This document shows, piece after piece, positions 35,501 through 48,200 of a DNA stretch of 64,000 nt. The stretch's first letter is position 1. Every line of letters starts with the position of its first letter. A model generated the notes under the pieces. That model was given only the letters and a program-made list of their open reading frames with translations. It did no database searches and had not been told where the DNA came from. Origin of the DNA: Orbicella franksi (taxonomy: Eukaryota); contig OZ116703.1 in NCBI GenBank assembly GCA_964199315.1, positions 5,766,001 through 5,830,000 on the forward strand, written 5' to 3'. Made by a program: the position numbers and the translations under genes.

Positions 35501-38500
35501 CATATCAGTGGCAGTACAATACATGTTCCAAAAATAATTCCAGTGGCTTGTAGATTTTCTGGTTTTTACTACTGTACATGTATGTAACAGGAATATTATA
35601 CATGAGTGTATTAAGCTTCACAGCACGCTTTACCCTGTATGGTAATCTGCCTTCCTTGCAAAGAGAATAATCTTGTAAGATTTGGGGCTTGTTTCTGGTT
35701 GTAAATTAATGTGTATTTATGTAGTCTACTGTGGAAATAAATATTCTGCCATTACCAGTTTGATACTAACAGTTTGATGACTTAACCGTACCACGACTGT
35801 GTACTTTGAGAACAATTAGCGTGACAATGTGTGTGTTTCTTCGGTGGCCATCGATGTTAGGACAAACTCTGCTTTTTGACCGTTGCCAAATGTTTTAGGA
35901 TCTCTTTGATAAGTTGTGTCAGATCTTACACGTTTCATCACGCGTTGAGGCAATCAAATTTATCTTCTGGACTGTCTTTTTCGTGGGATTCATTTTTTAT
36001 CTCATATTCATTAATTTCTTTGTGGAACAAAGATGTGATCAGGAACGTTTCGTGACCGTAACATGTAAAGTAAAGCACACCAGTTCACAATTTAAGTTTT
36101 TTTGAGATCATAAAAATATCAGTGCATTTACCCCCAGAAGAAGATTCTTTGCGAAGCCCTCTTTTTAGAAATTATTTTGCAACATAGCTAGGGTGTGTTT
36201 GACAAGAACTGAGTTCATTATCAATCTCAATTGCTCCACTTTAAAGTAGCCATATTGTCTACAGATTTGGTTTGCTGTAACGAGGATTTGTTTTAAATTA
36301 TCTATAACTATACATTTTTGCACTTACCAAAAGGCTTGACAGCCGTTACATTTTGGGTTACTGACCAGTAAATGATATCTTGATTGCAAAGATTTCAACA
36401 TGGAAGATACTGTCATTGAATAATTTCACCATCTCTTGTATGGGTGTACAAGTACCTGTTGAATGTCTAAAATACAGACCTTTTTCAGTCAACTTTGTCA
36501 GTGCTTTTGACAACTACAAGAACAGGACTTTTGTTACAAGTGTGTTATAATATAAATCTACCAAGTGTACAATGTAATTGGGTATTTCAAAGAAAGCAGT
36601 TATTTGCCAGAGTGCTTGGTCCTTTCTATACAAGTGAGTATTGATATTGTGTTGGATACCATGAATGGTGCGTTAGTTTTTACATTGCCATATAAACAAA
36701 AAAAAAAAAATATTTCAAGTATGTTTGGCTCAACTTGTGTGACATTTAATAATTCAAGGTAGGTAGGCATTCCTCGAGAAAGAGGTCAATTCAGGCAGAT
36801 TTTTTGCAGCTCACATACACAAACTGGGAAATGCACAAAATCAAAGTCACCAATTTTGGAGCATGTAATAGATTGAGATATCTGCCTATGACCATTATTC
36901 CACAAATTACTGGCTACTGATAATTGTGTTTTATAATTGACTTTTTGACTTACTTCTTTTCATTTCTCAGCTTTGCAATGATCGAGCTTGGTTCTGACAC
37001 TTCAGTTCAACTTGTCACAGAAAAATTACCAAAAATGTAGGTATATCGATATTATTGCCAGCTGAAGAAGAAACTAATTAGATTATTGAACTTAAGCCCT
37101 TCAAATCTAGGGAGCTTGTGGTTTATCTTCCACCTGAATTATGGGCTGTCAGGGCCATAGCCAGAAAAAAATGTTATTATCCATGAAAATATCATGACTG
37201 AGGCATTGTCCACAGTTAAATTCTCTTCTTAGGTATTTAGGTGTTTATGATGACTATAAACAACAAAAATGAAAATAAAATAAAAATATGATCAAGGCAA
37301 GTGGCTCGGTTTGCCTGTCACTAGCCATGGCCCTGGCTGTGGCTTAATCGTACTGAGCCTTCTTGGGTCACATGTGCGATGGTGGCCTTTAAATGCTCAC
37401 ACTTATTTCAATCTTCTCTTACTTTTATATTGCATTTATTAGCTATAGCTTTCAAACTTTGCCCAAAATATCAAGTTATCTACATATTAGAGGAAAACAA
37501 ATGAATGCCAAATCTTGATGATAGTACACAGGGTACTGGAGGACTGTGGAGGACCCCCCAAGTTTTGTGACTTATTTTGCCTCCTTGTTTGACCAGTTTG
37601 TGGAGTGCCTTCTCTTGGATTCTGGTAACTAATAAAATTGTCTTGCATTGGTGTGCCATGACAGTTCAACAGGTCTATTTTCTGTTTTTATTCAGGGAGG
37701 TTCATGGACAATATCCAGTTGTGACACCAGCAACTAAACAGTACTTACAGCAGTTTGAAGCTCAGTCGAGGAAAAGTAAGATCAAGAATACAGCTAAATT
37801 TTTCAAAGTAGTATTTCTGCAAAATTTGGCTTGTCGACACCACAAAAGAGTTACTTAACCTCATCTTAGTTAGGGAAAACTGTATTTACAGTTACTTTCA
37901 ACACCAATTTGCATTACGTATGCAAATTTATGTGTTCAAAGTAAATGCAAACAAGGTTTTTCCTGGTCACAATGATGTTGATGTAGCAAAACTAAATTAA
38001 TTAGCTTAATATTAAAAGGCGCAAGACTTTCATCCTGCAAGCTTTAAGAAAACTCAACATAATTCAACATGTGATCTAATTGGTTGTACCTGTAATCTTC
38101 ACCCCTAATGAATAGAAGCATCCTTGTGTGCTCAGGATAAATTAATGCTTGAGTAATTTGAGGGCTGCGTTTTGAAGCCAAGAGAATACTAAGGCAAAGG
38201 CGAATATGACTTCAGTAATGATCATCCTATAATTTCCCCTAGAAATGTTGGAAATTAAGAGCTTGAAAAAACAAAAGTTGGTTATATGTAATGGAAATTA
38301 CTTCTAACCCCTCCCCCAACCCAAACTGTATACACTGAATAATCTGAAAATCTTTTTTTCTGTTAGAGCTATTAATAATTCTTCATATTGATGGTAATGG
38401 CCATTTAACCTTTAAACCTCAACTTTTGCAGATAATCCTGGCAGTATGGGAGGTTCACATGCAGAGCAAGATGGCCCAGGATTTCAACAAGGCGGCAGAG

Positions 38501-41500
38501 GGTTTGGTTACAACCGTGGAGGTTTCAGAGGGCGTGGTGGATTCCCTGTGCGCCCAGGAATGGGACGAGGGTTTGAGCATGGACCACCTCCAGGAGAGAT
38601 CCATGGACATGGGCGTGGAGGGCCCTGGATGGGTAAGGAGGGTCGCTGATATGTTGCAAGATCAATTTTTGTTTTTATGTCCTCCGAATGAAACTGCTCT
38701 GGCACTGGCCCTGTTTTGCAGACTCAGAGTGCCATTATGATAAGAATTTGTACCATTTTGATTGGAAGTTAGAAAAAGTACTCCCATTAGAGAGAGACCA
38801 TTTTGTTAATTTCCTTAAAGTTTTGGTTCTGATACCGGAAATGTAATCACAGGTTTTATTCAAGTTTACAACTTCACTTACAGTTCGCACTTCTCTCAGT
38901 AATTTTCTGCCCATGTTCCTTTGTCACGTGACACTCGCTCCCTAAGTTATCGCTCACCACTAACTTCATAACATAAGTGAGAAAGAAAAAAACTGTTTTT
39001 GCCTCGTATCAAGCTGCAAAATTTCCTGTAACTTTCCTGGGTGTGACTGTCATCACTGTATAGCAAGTCTGTGATCTATCTTTGTCTTGTTGTTTTGCAG
39101 GACCAGGCCATATGGGAATCCCAAGACATCCTGCTCCTGGAATGCCACCTTTCCATGGTGAACATCCTCCTGCATACTACCCAATGGCACTCCCTCCCCC
39201 TGGGGAGAAGCCACTTGGTCCAATACTACCTCAGGCACCACCGGTAAGAAAGCGAATTGAGATGTTGTCCAGTGACGTCCACGTTGTCCAGTGACATCAC
39301 TGTAATTATTGTTATTTGACAGAAGTTGCTGATTTGTGTTTGTCTTTTTCTAGCAACCCCCACCACCTGGAGCTGGTCCTATGCCAGATCACAGAGGACC
39401 AGGTATGTAGTTATGTTATTTATTGGTAACAGCATTCCCCTTGATTAAGAACTGCCCTTGAAGAAGCACTGCTCTTGTCTGCAAAGAGTTATACAAGTGC
39501 TGCATTTGAACAAGCCCTGCAACCCTTGACAACGTGCTGCTTGTTCAAAATACTTGAGTTCTATAGTAGCACTTACCAGTATTCAAAGAGGTTTGCGCCC
39601 CTATGCATCTACTTCAGGGGGGGAGGGGGGGGCAGGCTCTAGGCAAATGGACAGGCTGTGAGGATGGTTTTGTACACTTGGTTTGACCATCTAGGGAAAA
39701 GTTTATTTTTAAAGGAATTTTGGTTCAAAATGTTCTGCCTGGCTGTGAAAACCACTTGTCCTCCTGGTGAAAATGTTAGTGAATCCCCTGATCTACTTGA
39801 TTCTGATAATTTATGTTAAAAAGAGTGACCAGGACATTTTGATCGGAATATGAGTTGGTGATGCTATCACTTTGGATATAAATGATAGTTATCTCTTATT
39901 CAGAGAAGTTTTTCATTAAGATGTTAGTAAGCTGGATGCTATTGAATAAGCGCCACATAAAAACCTTAAAAGTTAGGGAGCCATGTGGTAATGTTTCAAG
40001 AAAATACACTTAAACTTGTTCTACTTGCCACAACCCAGTACAGCATAGATGTTTTGTTTTAAAGCTCTTATTGATTCTTTACAGGCATGGTTCCACCATT
40101 CCCCAAGGCTCCCGTTGCACCGCATGTGAACCCAGCATTTTTTCCAGAAGGGCCACCAGTAAGTTTTTTGGGAGTAAATTGAAACGGAACTTAAGAGTGA
40201 TGTATGATTTACCAGTTTAAAGAGAGATTCAAAGGCTACTCATTAACTTTGTAAACCATTACGTGACATGCAACAGTTGGAAAATGCATACCATTATAGT
40301 GAGATTTAAACTTAGAGGACATTATGACAATGTGGAAAGGCTCAAAAGAATTCAGACGTCAATTAAAGGGACCTGTTTTCTTTTTTTGTCAGCCAGAGAC
40401 ATTCCTTGCAGCTGGGGGTGCTGGCGTAAGTCGTCAAATGGACATGATGGCACAGTTTATGCCGAGACCAGGTACGAAGTACTCGGATTTGCATTTAATT
40501 TTCTGTTATTCGTTTTCTATTGTGAACTTGTCTTCCATTCGATCTTTCAGTCTCCTGATCTGTCCTCCTTTGTAAAATAACTGAGAAATAAAAAATTCCA
40601 TTCAGCACAAAAATATGCACAAATTATTTTTCCAGAGACGTTATCTGTTTTCAGAAGGGTATCGTTTTTGGGAAGTAAAGCAGGGCGGAAACTGCGGGGG
40701 AGTAAAGCTGGAGGGTAGCTGTGAACTTCACTAAACACAGATAATGTCTCTGGGAAAGTATTCTAAGATATCCCCACTTGGTCGGGGATATCAGAGATTA
40801 TAATCCATCAAATATTTCCTGCTCGCGTGCGATTTTCGAGCGATATTCCCCAATTTTCAAAACCGTGCGTGTTGCAAAAAAATTTTGAACGATAATAAAC
40901 ACAAAAGGCTCCATTTGGCGCGAAAATGTGCTCGGATATTTGTCTTGGGACATTATCTGCTCCTCAAAGCTCAAAGTTTTCCTCGAACTACGCTCTCAGA
41001 AAACTGTTCGCTCCCGAAACAGGTAATGTCCGCGGACAAAGATCCGAGCGTATTTGATTTCCGCGCCAAATAGAGGCTATTGTTTAAATATTCTGTCACG
41101 TGACGTGTTGAGCAATCACCAGTGCGAAAACTTTTTTGATGGATCGTAGTTACCTGTTTTTTGGCCTGAAGTTTTTCAACCTTGCCAAACCATCATTTTG
41201 AAAAGTTTCTGTTAAGTTACATGTACCGACATGATGTCAGATTATCGTCGTATTTTGTAGGTGATGATTTCAACGAGTCCATGAAGAGAAATCAGATGCT
41301 TGCTAGCAGCGCCATCAAACGAGCTATGTCGGATGCCAATGCTGGTAAGCTAGTATGCTGTCCCTTCCCCTGGAACAAAGCCCTAGTGCTGTTTTTAACT
41401 GGGTGTCGCAAGTAATCCAGAATTACTTTGGCATTGCTTTACTCCGCACTGTGATTGGTTATAAAAAAAAAAGCGCGTTATCTACTTGACCAATGAGAAA

Positions 41501-43289
41501 CAAAAGTAATTGCGACTTGGCTGCATGCGTTTTCCCGCGCTTGGAACCGGTTTCGTCGATTGGTCATTCGGGTTACACACAGTTAAATACTGCTCCATGA
41601 TGTAATGGGAATATTATCCTTTGGCCCTTAAGATGTTGAATTTCTTTTACAAAATTGGAATCGTCAATTGGATAAGTAACTTACTGAGTTAATAGAGGTG
41701 AATAAATGAAAGATCATATAGGTCAATCATGTCTTCATATTACTGTATGGGTACCGAGCGAGGTGCTGGGATTTAATTGTGCATTGCTTGTGAAATAGGC
41801 GACTACGAGAGTGGAATTGAAACATTGGTTGGAGCAATATCGCTTATTAAACAGTCACCAACAGCTGCGGAAGAACGATGCCAGGTAAGAACCTAAACGG
41901 TAAATGGTTTGAACCCAGGAGTATCAGTAGTTTGTATAGGGTGATCGTCTGGGTGAGAGTAGTTCTGAAAAAAATTGTTGTTTATTAAAAAATACAACGA
42001 TAATAACGACAACATTAACAGTCAATTAAAATAGGAGGTTTGTGAGGCAGACGCGAGCTTTCGGCTATCCGCTTTCCGCAATAGCTGGGGTCGTCATTAT
42101 AATAGTAAACTGGCGAAAACCATGTTACTGAGAAAGCCAGGCGGTAATGCAAAGTTTCAAGATCACATGACAGGATGTCAGAAGTTTGTTATACAGTATA
42201 GTCAAACTTCAATGAAGGGTCCACCCTCTGGGAATAGACAGGTAGCTGCTTGTTAAATTCCAGCCAGAAAGAAGCATCTGGTATAGTACAAACTCTGTTA
42301 TTTATGGTCTAACTTCTATTAAAGGTCAGGTAGCTGTTTGTTAGGTACCAGCTAGAAAAAAAGCATCGGGTGTGGTGGAAACTCCGTTATTTAAGTGCCA
42401 ACGAATACGCATGGGCGCTAGAGAGAACTGCACTAAACAGTGAAAGCTTTGGCGCGTGGTCTTGCTTTTCTTTGTGCGTAAAGGATGCGGTCGGTTTATG
42501 TGTACGCGTATTTTGTGTCAGGTGCTTGTTCAGTCGTTACAAGATTGTCTTCAAGGACTGGAGTTACAACTGCTAGAAAGAAGGTAAGTATCTTTTGTTA
42601 CTGTTCGTTTTTTACACGACCCCGCGAGCTTGGAGCTTAAAATATTATCGTGCGTAAATAAATGCCATCTATCTACCTATTCAAAAACGAAACAATTTGA
42701 TGGCTTTGTTGTCAGAAATTTCAAGTTTTCTTTTGTATCACCTTGGACGCTTTAAAAGTATCTACGTCACGGTTTGCGTATCTTGAAAAGTTAGCCCAAA
42801 TTTTTCAAGTTCATCGTTTGCAATCCTTGTTAATCTTCTCCATCCTTAACCATCCTTGTGCCTTTATGGTTTATTATAAACATTTTAGTGTTTTTCTATC
42901 TTAGTAAACAACTTTTTCAGTTTTCCTTCAATTTAAAGGTAATTTTATAAGTGATGAAAATGACTCAAAATGCCGTGACTGAGCTCCTTTAAAAAGTACG
43001 TATGGTTTGGAGAACTCCTAGTTTCACCAGTAACAGTGCAGTGCGTTTGTTTCTCAGTGCAGTCTTTGTTGCCCCTGAATTACGTTGTTTGACGATCGGT
43101 CAATTTTATTCCAGGTCGACGGGGAGTAAACATCATTTCAGCGACAAGGATGACTACGAAGGCGAGCCGAGAGAAAAACGACACAGACGAAGACGGTCAC
43201 GGTCAAGATCGCGTGACAGGAGCCGCAGGTCAAGATCACGCGAGAAGCGCTCGAGATCACGTGACCGAGATCGTCACCGCCGAAGATGA
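29587..43289 (+). CDS. CPSF6: Cleavage and polyadenylation specificity factor 6 (CFIm68; CPSF6/7 family), 16 coding exons, about 509 aa
   Basis: Exons 29587-29661, 30515-30598, 31595-31643, 32264-32382, 32836-32939, 36971-37036, 37696-37775, 38432-38632, 39101-39243, 39354-39402, 40085-40158, 40393-40471, 41261-41344, 41799-41884, 42522-42583, 43115-43289 (1530 nt, phases consistent). Motifs: LDLYDDV; RRM LYVGNLTWWT...IKFFENRTNGQSKGFA; Pro/Gly-rich; APHVNPAFF; GDYESGIETLVGAISLIKQS; VQSLQDCLQG; C-terminal RS/RD domain. Confidence 0.95.
30632..30782. mobile_element. MITE with internal (TATCCA / TGGATA) palindromic words
   Basis: ctggcctcagttgttcaaa ... ttcaaacaatccaggcctg termini; internal inverted repeats. 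Confidence 0.6.
35549..35841 (+). terminator. Candidate intronic polyadenylation site in CPSF6 intron 5 (UGUA cluster, AATAAA, GU-rich DSE)
   Basis: 10 TGTA at 35549-35723; AATAAA at 35736-35741; CA at 35756-35757; TGTGTGTGTTTCTT at 35828-35841. Confidence 0.55.
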
Positions 43290-43770
43290 AAAGCCCCGTG
43301 TGAAGAATGTTTTTTTAAAGTCGTCTAATGCTGTGGTCGAAACTACACTTTGTAACCCCATGCTGTATTCAGTCGTGTAAATTCTGCTCCCTTGTAAGAT
43401 AGTGTAGGCTCTGATCTTCGCCGGCGTTATATAGATTGTCACGCAACGCTCCTCGCCACAAGCAATGATTGGGGATAAACGTAGCGTGGCAACTCATGCG
43501 ATGGCTGCGAAGGAGATCGAATGATTCTCTGCCTTCTTTACGGCGCTCGTCTCGTTCACAAGCTGCCAAACTAGTGTTGTTTGACTGTTTTCCTTTTTGC
43601 TCCATTTCCGAAGTGGTTATAGCCTTTCGGATAGTTCTAGGAATTTGTTGCTAACCTCTAGAGTTGTAAATCACTTTTAAGAAACCCTTCAACGTGTCTC
43701 TATTTCTCTGTTTATATACCATTGGTTTCTGCACGAACTCTCCTTTTTTTTACCAGCCTTATATGAGGTT

Positions 43771-43776
43771 AATAAA
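43771..43776 (+). terminator. Probable CPSF6 3' poly(A) signal
   Basis: AATAAA about 480 nt after the stop codon; several TGTA upstream in the UTR; T/GT-rich sequence downstream. Confidence 0.5.
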
Positions 43777-44029
43777 GAAATGTAACTGATAAACAGAAGA
43801 GTTTTATTCTGTGTTCGCTTGAGATCTTGTCCGCCGATCGTTGGCACTGACCAAAAGATAAAATGTGTTAAGAGATCGTGTTAATCTCGCCTCGGGACTC
43901 GTGCGTTATCGTCAAACCGCCCGTACCGCAGACGAGATCTTCCGGCATTAATGAGGCCTTCTCTTGTCCCCAAGGGCCGTTATCAGTATTACCTCACTCA
44001 GTAAAAGGCGCGAAACAAGATAAGCGGAC

Positions 44030-44368
44030 TCACAACTAGCCGCAAGTTGAACTTGCGTAGAGACTTGAATGGGGGCCGAACGGACTCGTAAGTTTCCTCG
44101 CTAGTCGCAAAAACCTATTTCAAGGCTACATATCCTGCATTTCATTAGCTAACAGGTTTCTAAAACAACGAATGGACGTTACTCAACTTGCGTAGACTTT
44201 GGGTGGCGAAACGGTGAAAGACTTGCGTCGACTTGCGTGCAAATTTGATCTAGACTAGAGTGAGCGCAAGTCAACTCAAGCCCACCCAAGACCTGGCGAA
44301 ACGGAGTCGCAAGGAGGCCCAAGTTTTCAATTTTCGTCTACTTGCGAGTTCGTGTGGCCAGGACTTTA
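44030..44368. mobile_element. MITE-like repeat with many ACTTGCG / CGCAAGT inverted words
   Basis: Recurrent acttgcgt and cgcaagt words; ends tggccaggacttta. 5' boundary approximate. Confidence 0.55.
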
Positions 44369-45270
44369 GGTGGGAAAACGCAGATCGTGTCAAGTTCCCG
44401 AGTGCAGCAGCGAAGTCGTTGCCACGCTAAGAAGAGAGACGCAGGAAAGGAGTTAAGAGAAAGATCTGGGAACGAGTAGTTTTATTAATAGTTCCTTTGT
44501 GAGTTGCACCTGTCTCGTCGACAAACACAGAATCTTCTGAATGACAGTTGAAACAGATAAACAAAAGCGGCATGCTAATATGTGTAATAATAGCTTTTTG
44601 TCACTTAAATCTATAAAAACGAATTCAGTTTCATCGTGAGTTTTTCTAAGCCCCAAAATAAATCGATCATTTTCGATAGAGCTCAGCTTATTTATTCTAG
44701 CAACGATGAAAGCATTTTTCATGGAAGATCAAAGTAATAAACGTTTTCTTTTACGACATTTCCAGAGCAAACAAAGACATGCAAATGGCATAATGGTTCC
44801 GTCTTGTATATGACATTCAATTTCGAGCCAAGCTGTCAAAAGAAAACATATGGCTAAGAGGACGGCGATATTCAATGCTTGGAGAGTCCGTTTATTTGCG
44901 AAATAAGAAACAGTAAGTGGAACACGCTAACAAGGTGTTAGGCGATTTATGGGTGTGCAAATCGGTTGAGGACTTGTTCAGTGGGAAAAGCGGCTGTGAA
45001 TATTTACTTTTAGCGAGAAAAACCGGCAAGAGAGCTTATGACTTATTGATACTACCCGACTTGACTTCCTTTTAAATTTGAGTGGAATATTTAACGAGCA
45101 ACAATTATACGGTTGCTATCGTGTTGCTAAGCTAACAATTTTTCGCTTGAAGTCAAAACATACAGTGTAAGGTTTTGACTCGCGAAGTTTTAACGGGGAT
45201 TTTTTAAGGTAGCCGCGAAAAAAAAAACATTTCGGTGTCGGAAAACTTTGTTTGAATAAGCCGAGGCAAA

Positions 45271-48200
45271 ATGGCTTCGTCGATAATTGCTGGAGTAAAC
45301 GTCGAAGATATATCAAGACATTTAAATTGTTCTCTCTGTAGAAGGTTGATTCGTACACCGAGACTTTTGCCATGCTTACATTCATTTTGTCAAGTTTGTG
45401 TTCAAAACCTGGCTGAGAAACTCGCGCCGAACGAATTCCTGGCTTGCCCGCTGTGTAAAACAGACGCGAAGATTTCAAAGGAAGAAGTGGAAAACCTGCC
45501 GATAAATTTCTTTTTGGACAACATGCTTGATATTGCGTTGATAAATTCGAGCGACAGAGAACCTGTTCCTTGTTCGAACTGCGACTCGTTCAATTCAGCC
45601 GCGACTTCTCGATGCGTGGATTGTGGGGAGTTTCTTTGCGAGAATTGCTACAATGTCCACAAGAGAATTCGTCAGACCAAGGAACACAAGATTTTGACGA
45701 TTTCCGAGCTTCTTGCCAGTAAAACCGGGGAGGACTTACACAGACCAGCGTTTTGTAGAATCCATCACAGCGAACAATTGAAATATTACTGCGAAACGTG
45801 CAACGAGGCAGTTTGTAGAGATTGTGTTTTAATGGAACATCGTCAGCACAAATATGATTACATTAAAGATTCAAAAAAGATACAGAAACAGAAGGTCGTC
45901 GTCGAGAACCTGTTTAATCAATGCTCTGAGAATATTCCAGTGTTAGAAAAATCGATTAAGGAAATACAGGGAATTTCCGATACTCTTCGTGGAAGGTTAG
46001 CGGCAGTCAAGGCTGAAATCAGAGAAGCCACTTTAAAGCAGATAAAAGTTTTAAAGGAAAAAGAGAGGAAACTTCTGATGGAGGCGGACAGAATTCACAA
46101 CGGGAAAGCGACCATTTTGAGGCGGCAAAAAGACCAACTCGAGGAAGACTTCGCAAGGTTCAAAGCCGGTTGCGATTTTTCCGAGCAGGTTTTGAAGTAC
46201 GCGAATGAGGTCGAACTGCTCTCACTGAAAACACACATCACTGAAAGGCTAACAGAGTTGAACAGCACGGAACTTGACTGCCTTCCGCACGAAAACGCGG
46301 AATTAAAATACGAGGTGAACAGCAAAGAAGCCGAGGCTGTCGTCTCTCAGTCTCTGGGAAGTTTAAAAACAAGCGGTCCACATTTGGTGTTGGAAGATAT
46401 TGAGATACCGCCTTCCACGAATGGAAGTATGAGCGAGTCCGTGGAAGATTTCCGTGAAGAAGCGCCACTTTCCGTGGAAGTACGAGATCCCGGCGGAGTC
46501 CTTCTTCCTCCGGAGACAATCCACCAAGGTAAATTGTTGCTTATTGGTAAAGGAATATTAAAATTCATTTCAATTGATTTAATGCAATGTACCTCCCAAT
46601 ATCTATTTGAAGCATTCCCTCGGTAGTATACCTCCCAAAACGTAACCTGAGTGTTGTTTTCACCCATTTGAGTTTTCTCTCAAAATATTTTAATTGAAAT
46701 GGCCATATTTTGATATAACAGACCGTGCGTTATAGGTTCACTTAAGACGACTACTTTTTCAAAAATAAATTCTTCACATGTATTTTCACTTATGGAGAGA
46801 CTTCAGAAAATATCTTTAAAAAAATTAAGAATGGATAAACAGATTTCCAAAAGGAATGGTTTTGCATTGACTGACTGCGAACTTTAATTTGTGCCTTTGA
46901 TCATTTCCTTGCGACTTTCTACAGCTGTTATAAAAAAAAAAATTTAAATCAACAGTTGAAAGATTTAGTAACTATCATGTTAGTTTGCAAATAACCTTTT
47001 TGCGGCTTCTTTAAATGAACGAGAATTTTGATCTCTCTCCCACTAATTGTGAGAGAATTATCTTGATGGCTTATTCTGATTACGAGCCAAGATTTTGCCT
47101 GTACCACAGCAACCTCTAGATAATACACATATATTATGTGTTGTTCGCCGGGGTACCGTTCGTCTATTTACAATTCCACGTTTCATCAGGCTCGACCTTG
47201 TTTCTAAGTTGTTAATTCATAATAGGTCGAGTTTCTCAGAACCAGTCTTCAACGTGTTATAAGCATTTGCTTTTGATAAGACTTCACGCGTTAGCCTCAG
47301 TTGCAAGCTAGTTCCAGTCCAATACCGAGAAAACGAACTCATCACCAGTCTTCTTGTCAGTGTGTTGATGCTATGGAGAAATTGGATATCAATCTGTATC
47401 CTTTTTTCCTTTTTTGCAGCTGACGGACAGTCTTACACAATATATCATCCGTTCTTCAACGGCACCTTCTCGTTCGCTGTGTTCGTGCGTGGACAGGTTG
47501 TGGAGGGCTTTCCGCTGGACATAAACATCGGGGACATCAGGCCTCGTGTTCGAAGCGCCAAGAAAGCTATCGCGGGGAACGGGACCAAGTTTGGTAAATT
47601 AGGAGATCCCCAGGGTGTGGCAGTTAGTGAGGAGGGGAACGTGATCGTCAGCGACTCGCGTAATCATCGTCTTCAGGTGGGTAAACTTCTGTCGATCATT
47701 ACAAAAATTATCATAAATTGTAGGTGCGTAAATTAGGAGTGCGCACCTCTACTCTTACTCTTGGCTTTGATCTTTGGCCAGCATTTTTAGCAACAAAATT
47801 TTAAATTAAAAAGCTAAGCATTGCGGTAGTGATTGTTTTGTTTGTATTGGGCAATGCACAAATTGGATGTTGGATTTCTAACTTTTTACCAAGTTTTCTC
47901 AAACTTTTGAGACCTTAATAATTAAGGTATTTATTTTACAGCTAGACAGGTGTCACTGGATCTGTTCAGGAGATCTATCATCATTGCCGTTTTTATCTGT
48001 TTGTATAAAAGGTGTTTGACATGGATGGGAACTTTCGCTTCCGGTTTGGCTCGCCCGGAAGTCGAGATGGTCATTTCCAGTTTCCCAGCGGAGTTGCAGT
48101 GACCAGCGAGGGGAACATTGTTGTAGCGGACTCAATGAATAATAGAATCCAAGTAAGTCATCTACATAGAAAGTTTACCCAGGGTGACATTCAAAGGCAA

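Noticed and set aside
46095-46667. Antisense ORFs inside TRIM-NHL (also 48933-49298) and inside the 53133 ORF
   Set aside because: Shadows of the real coding strand; no motifs.
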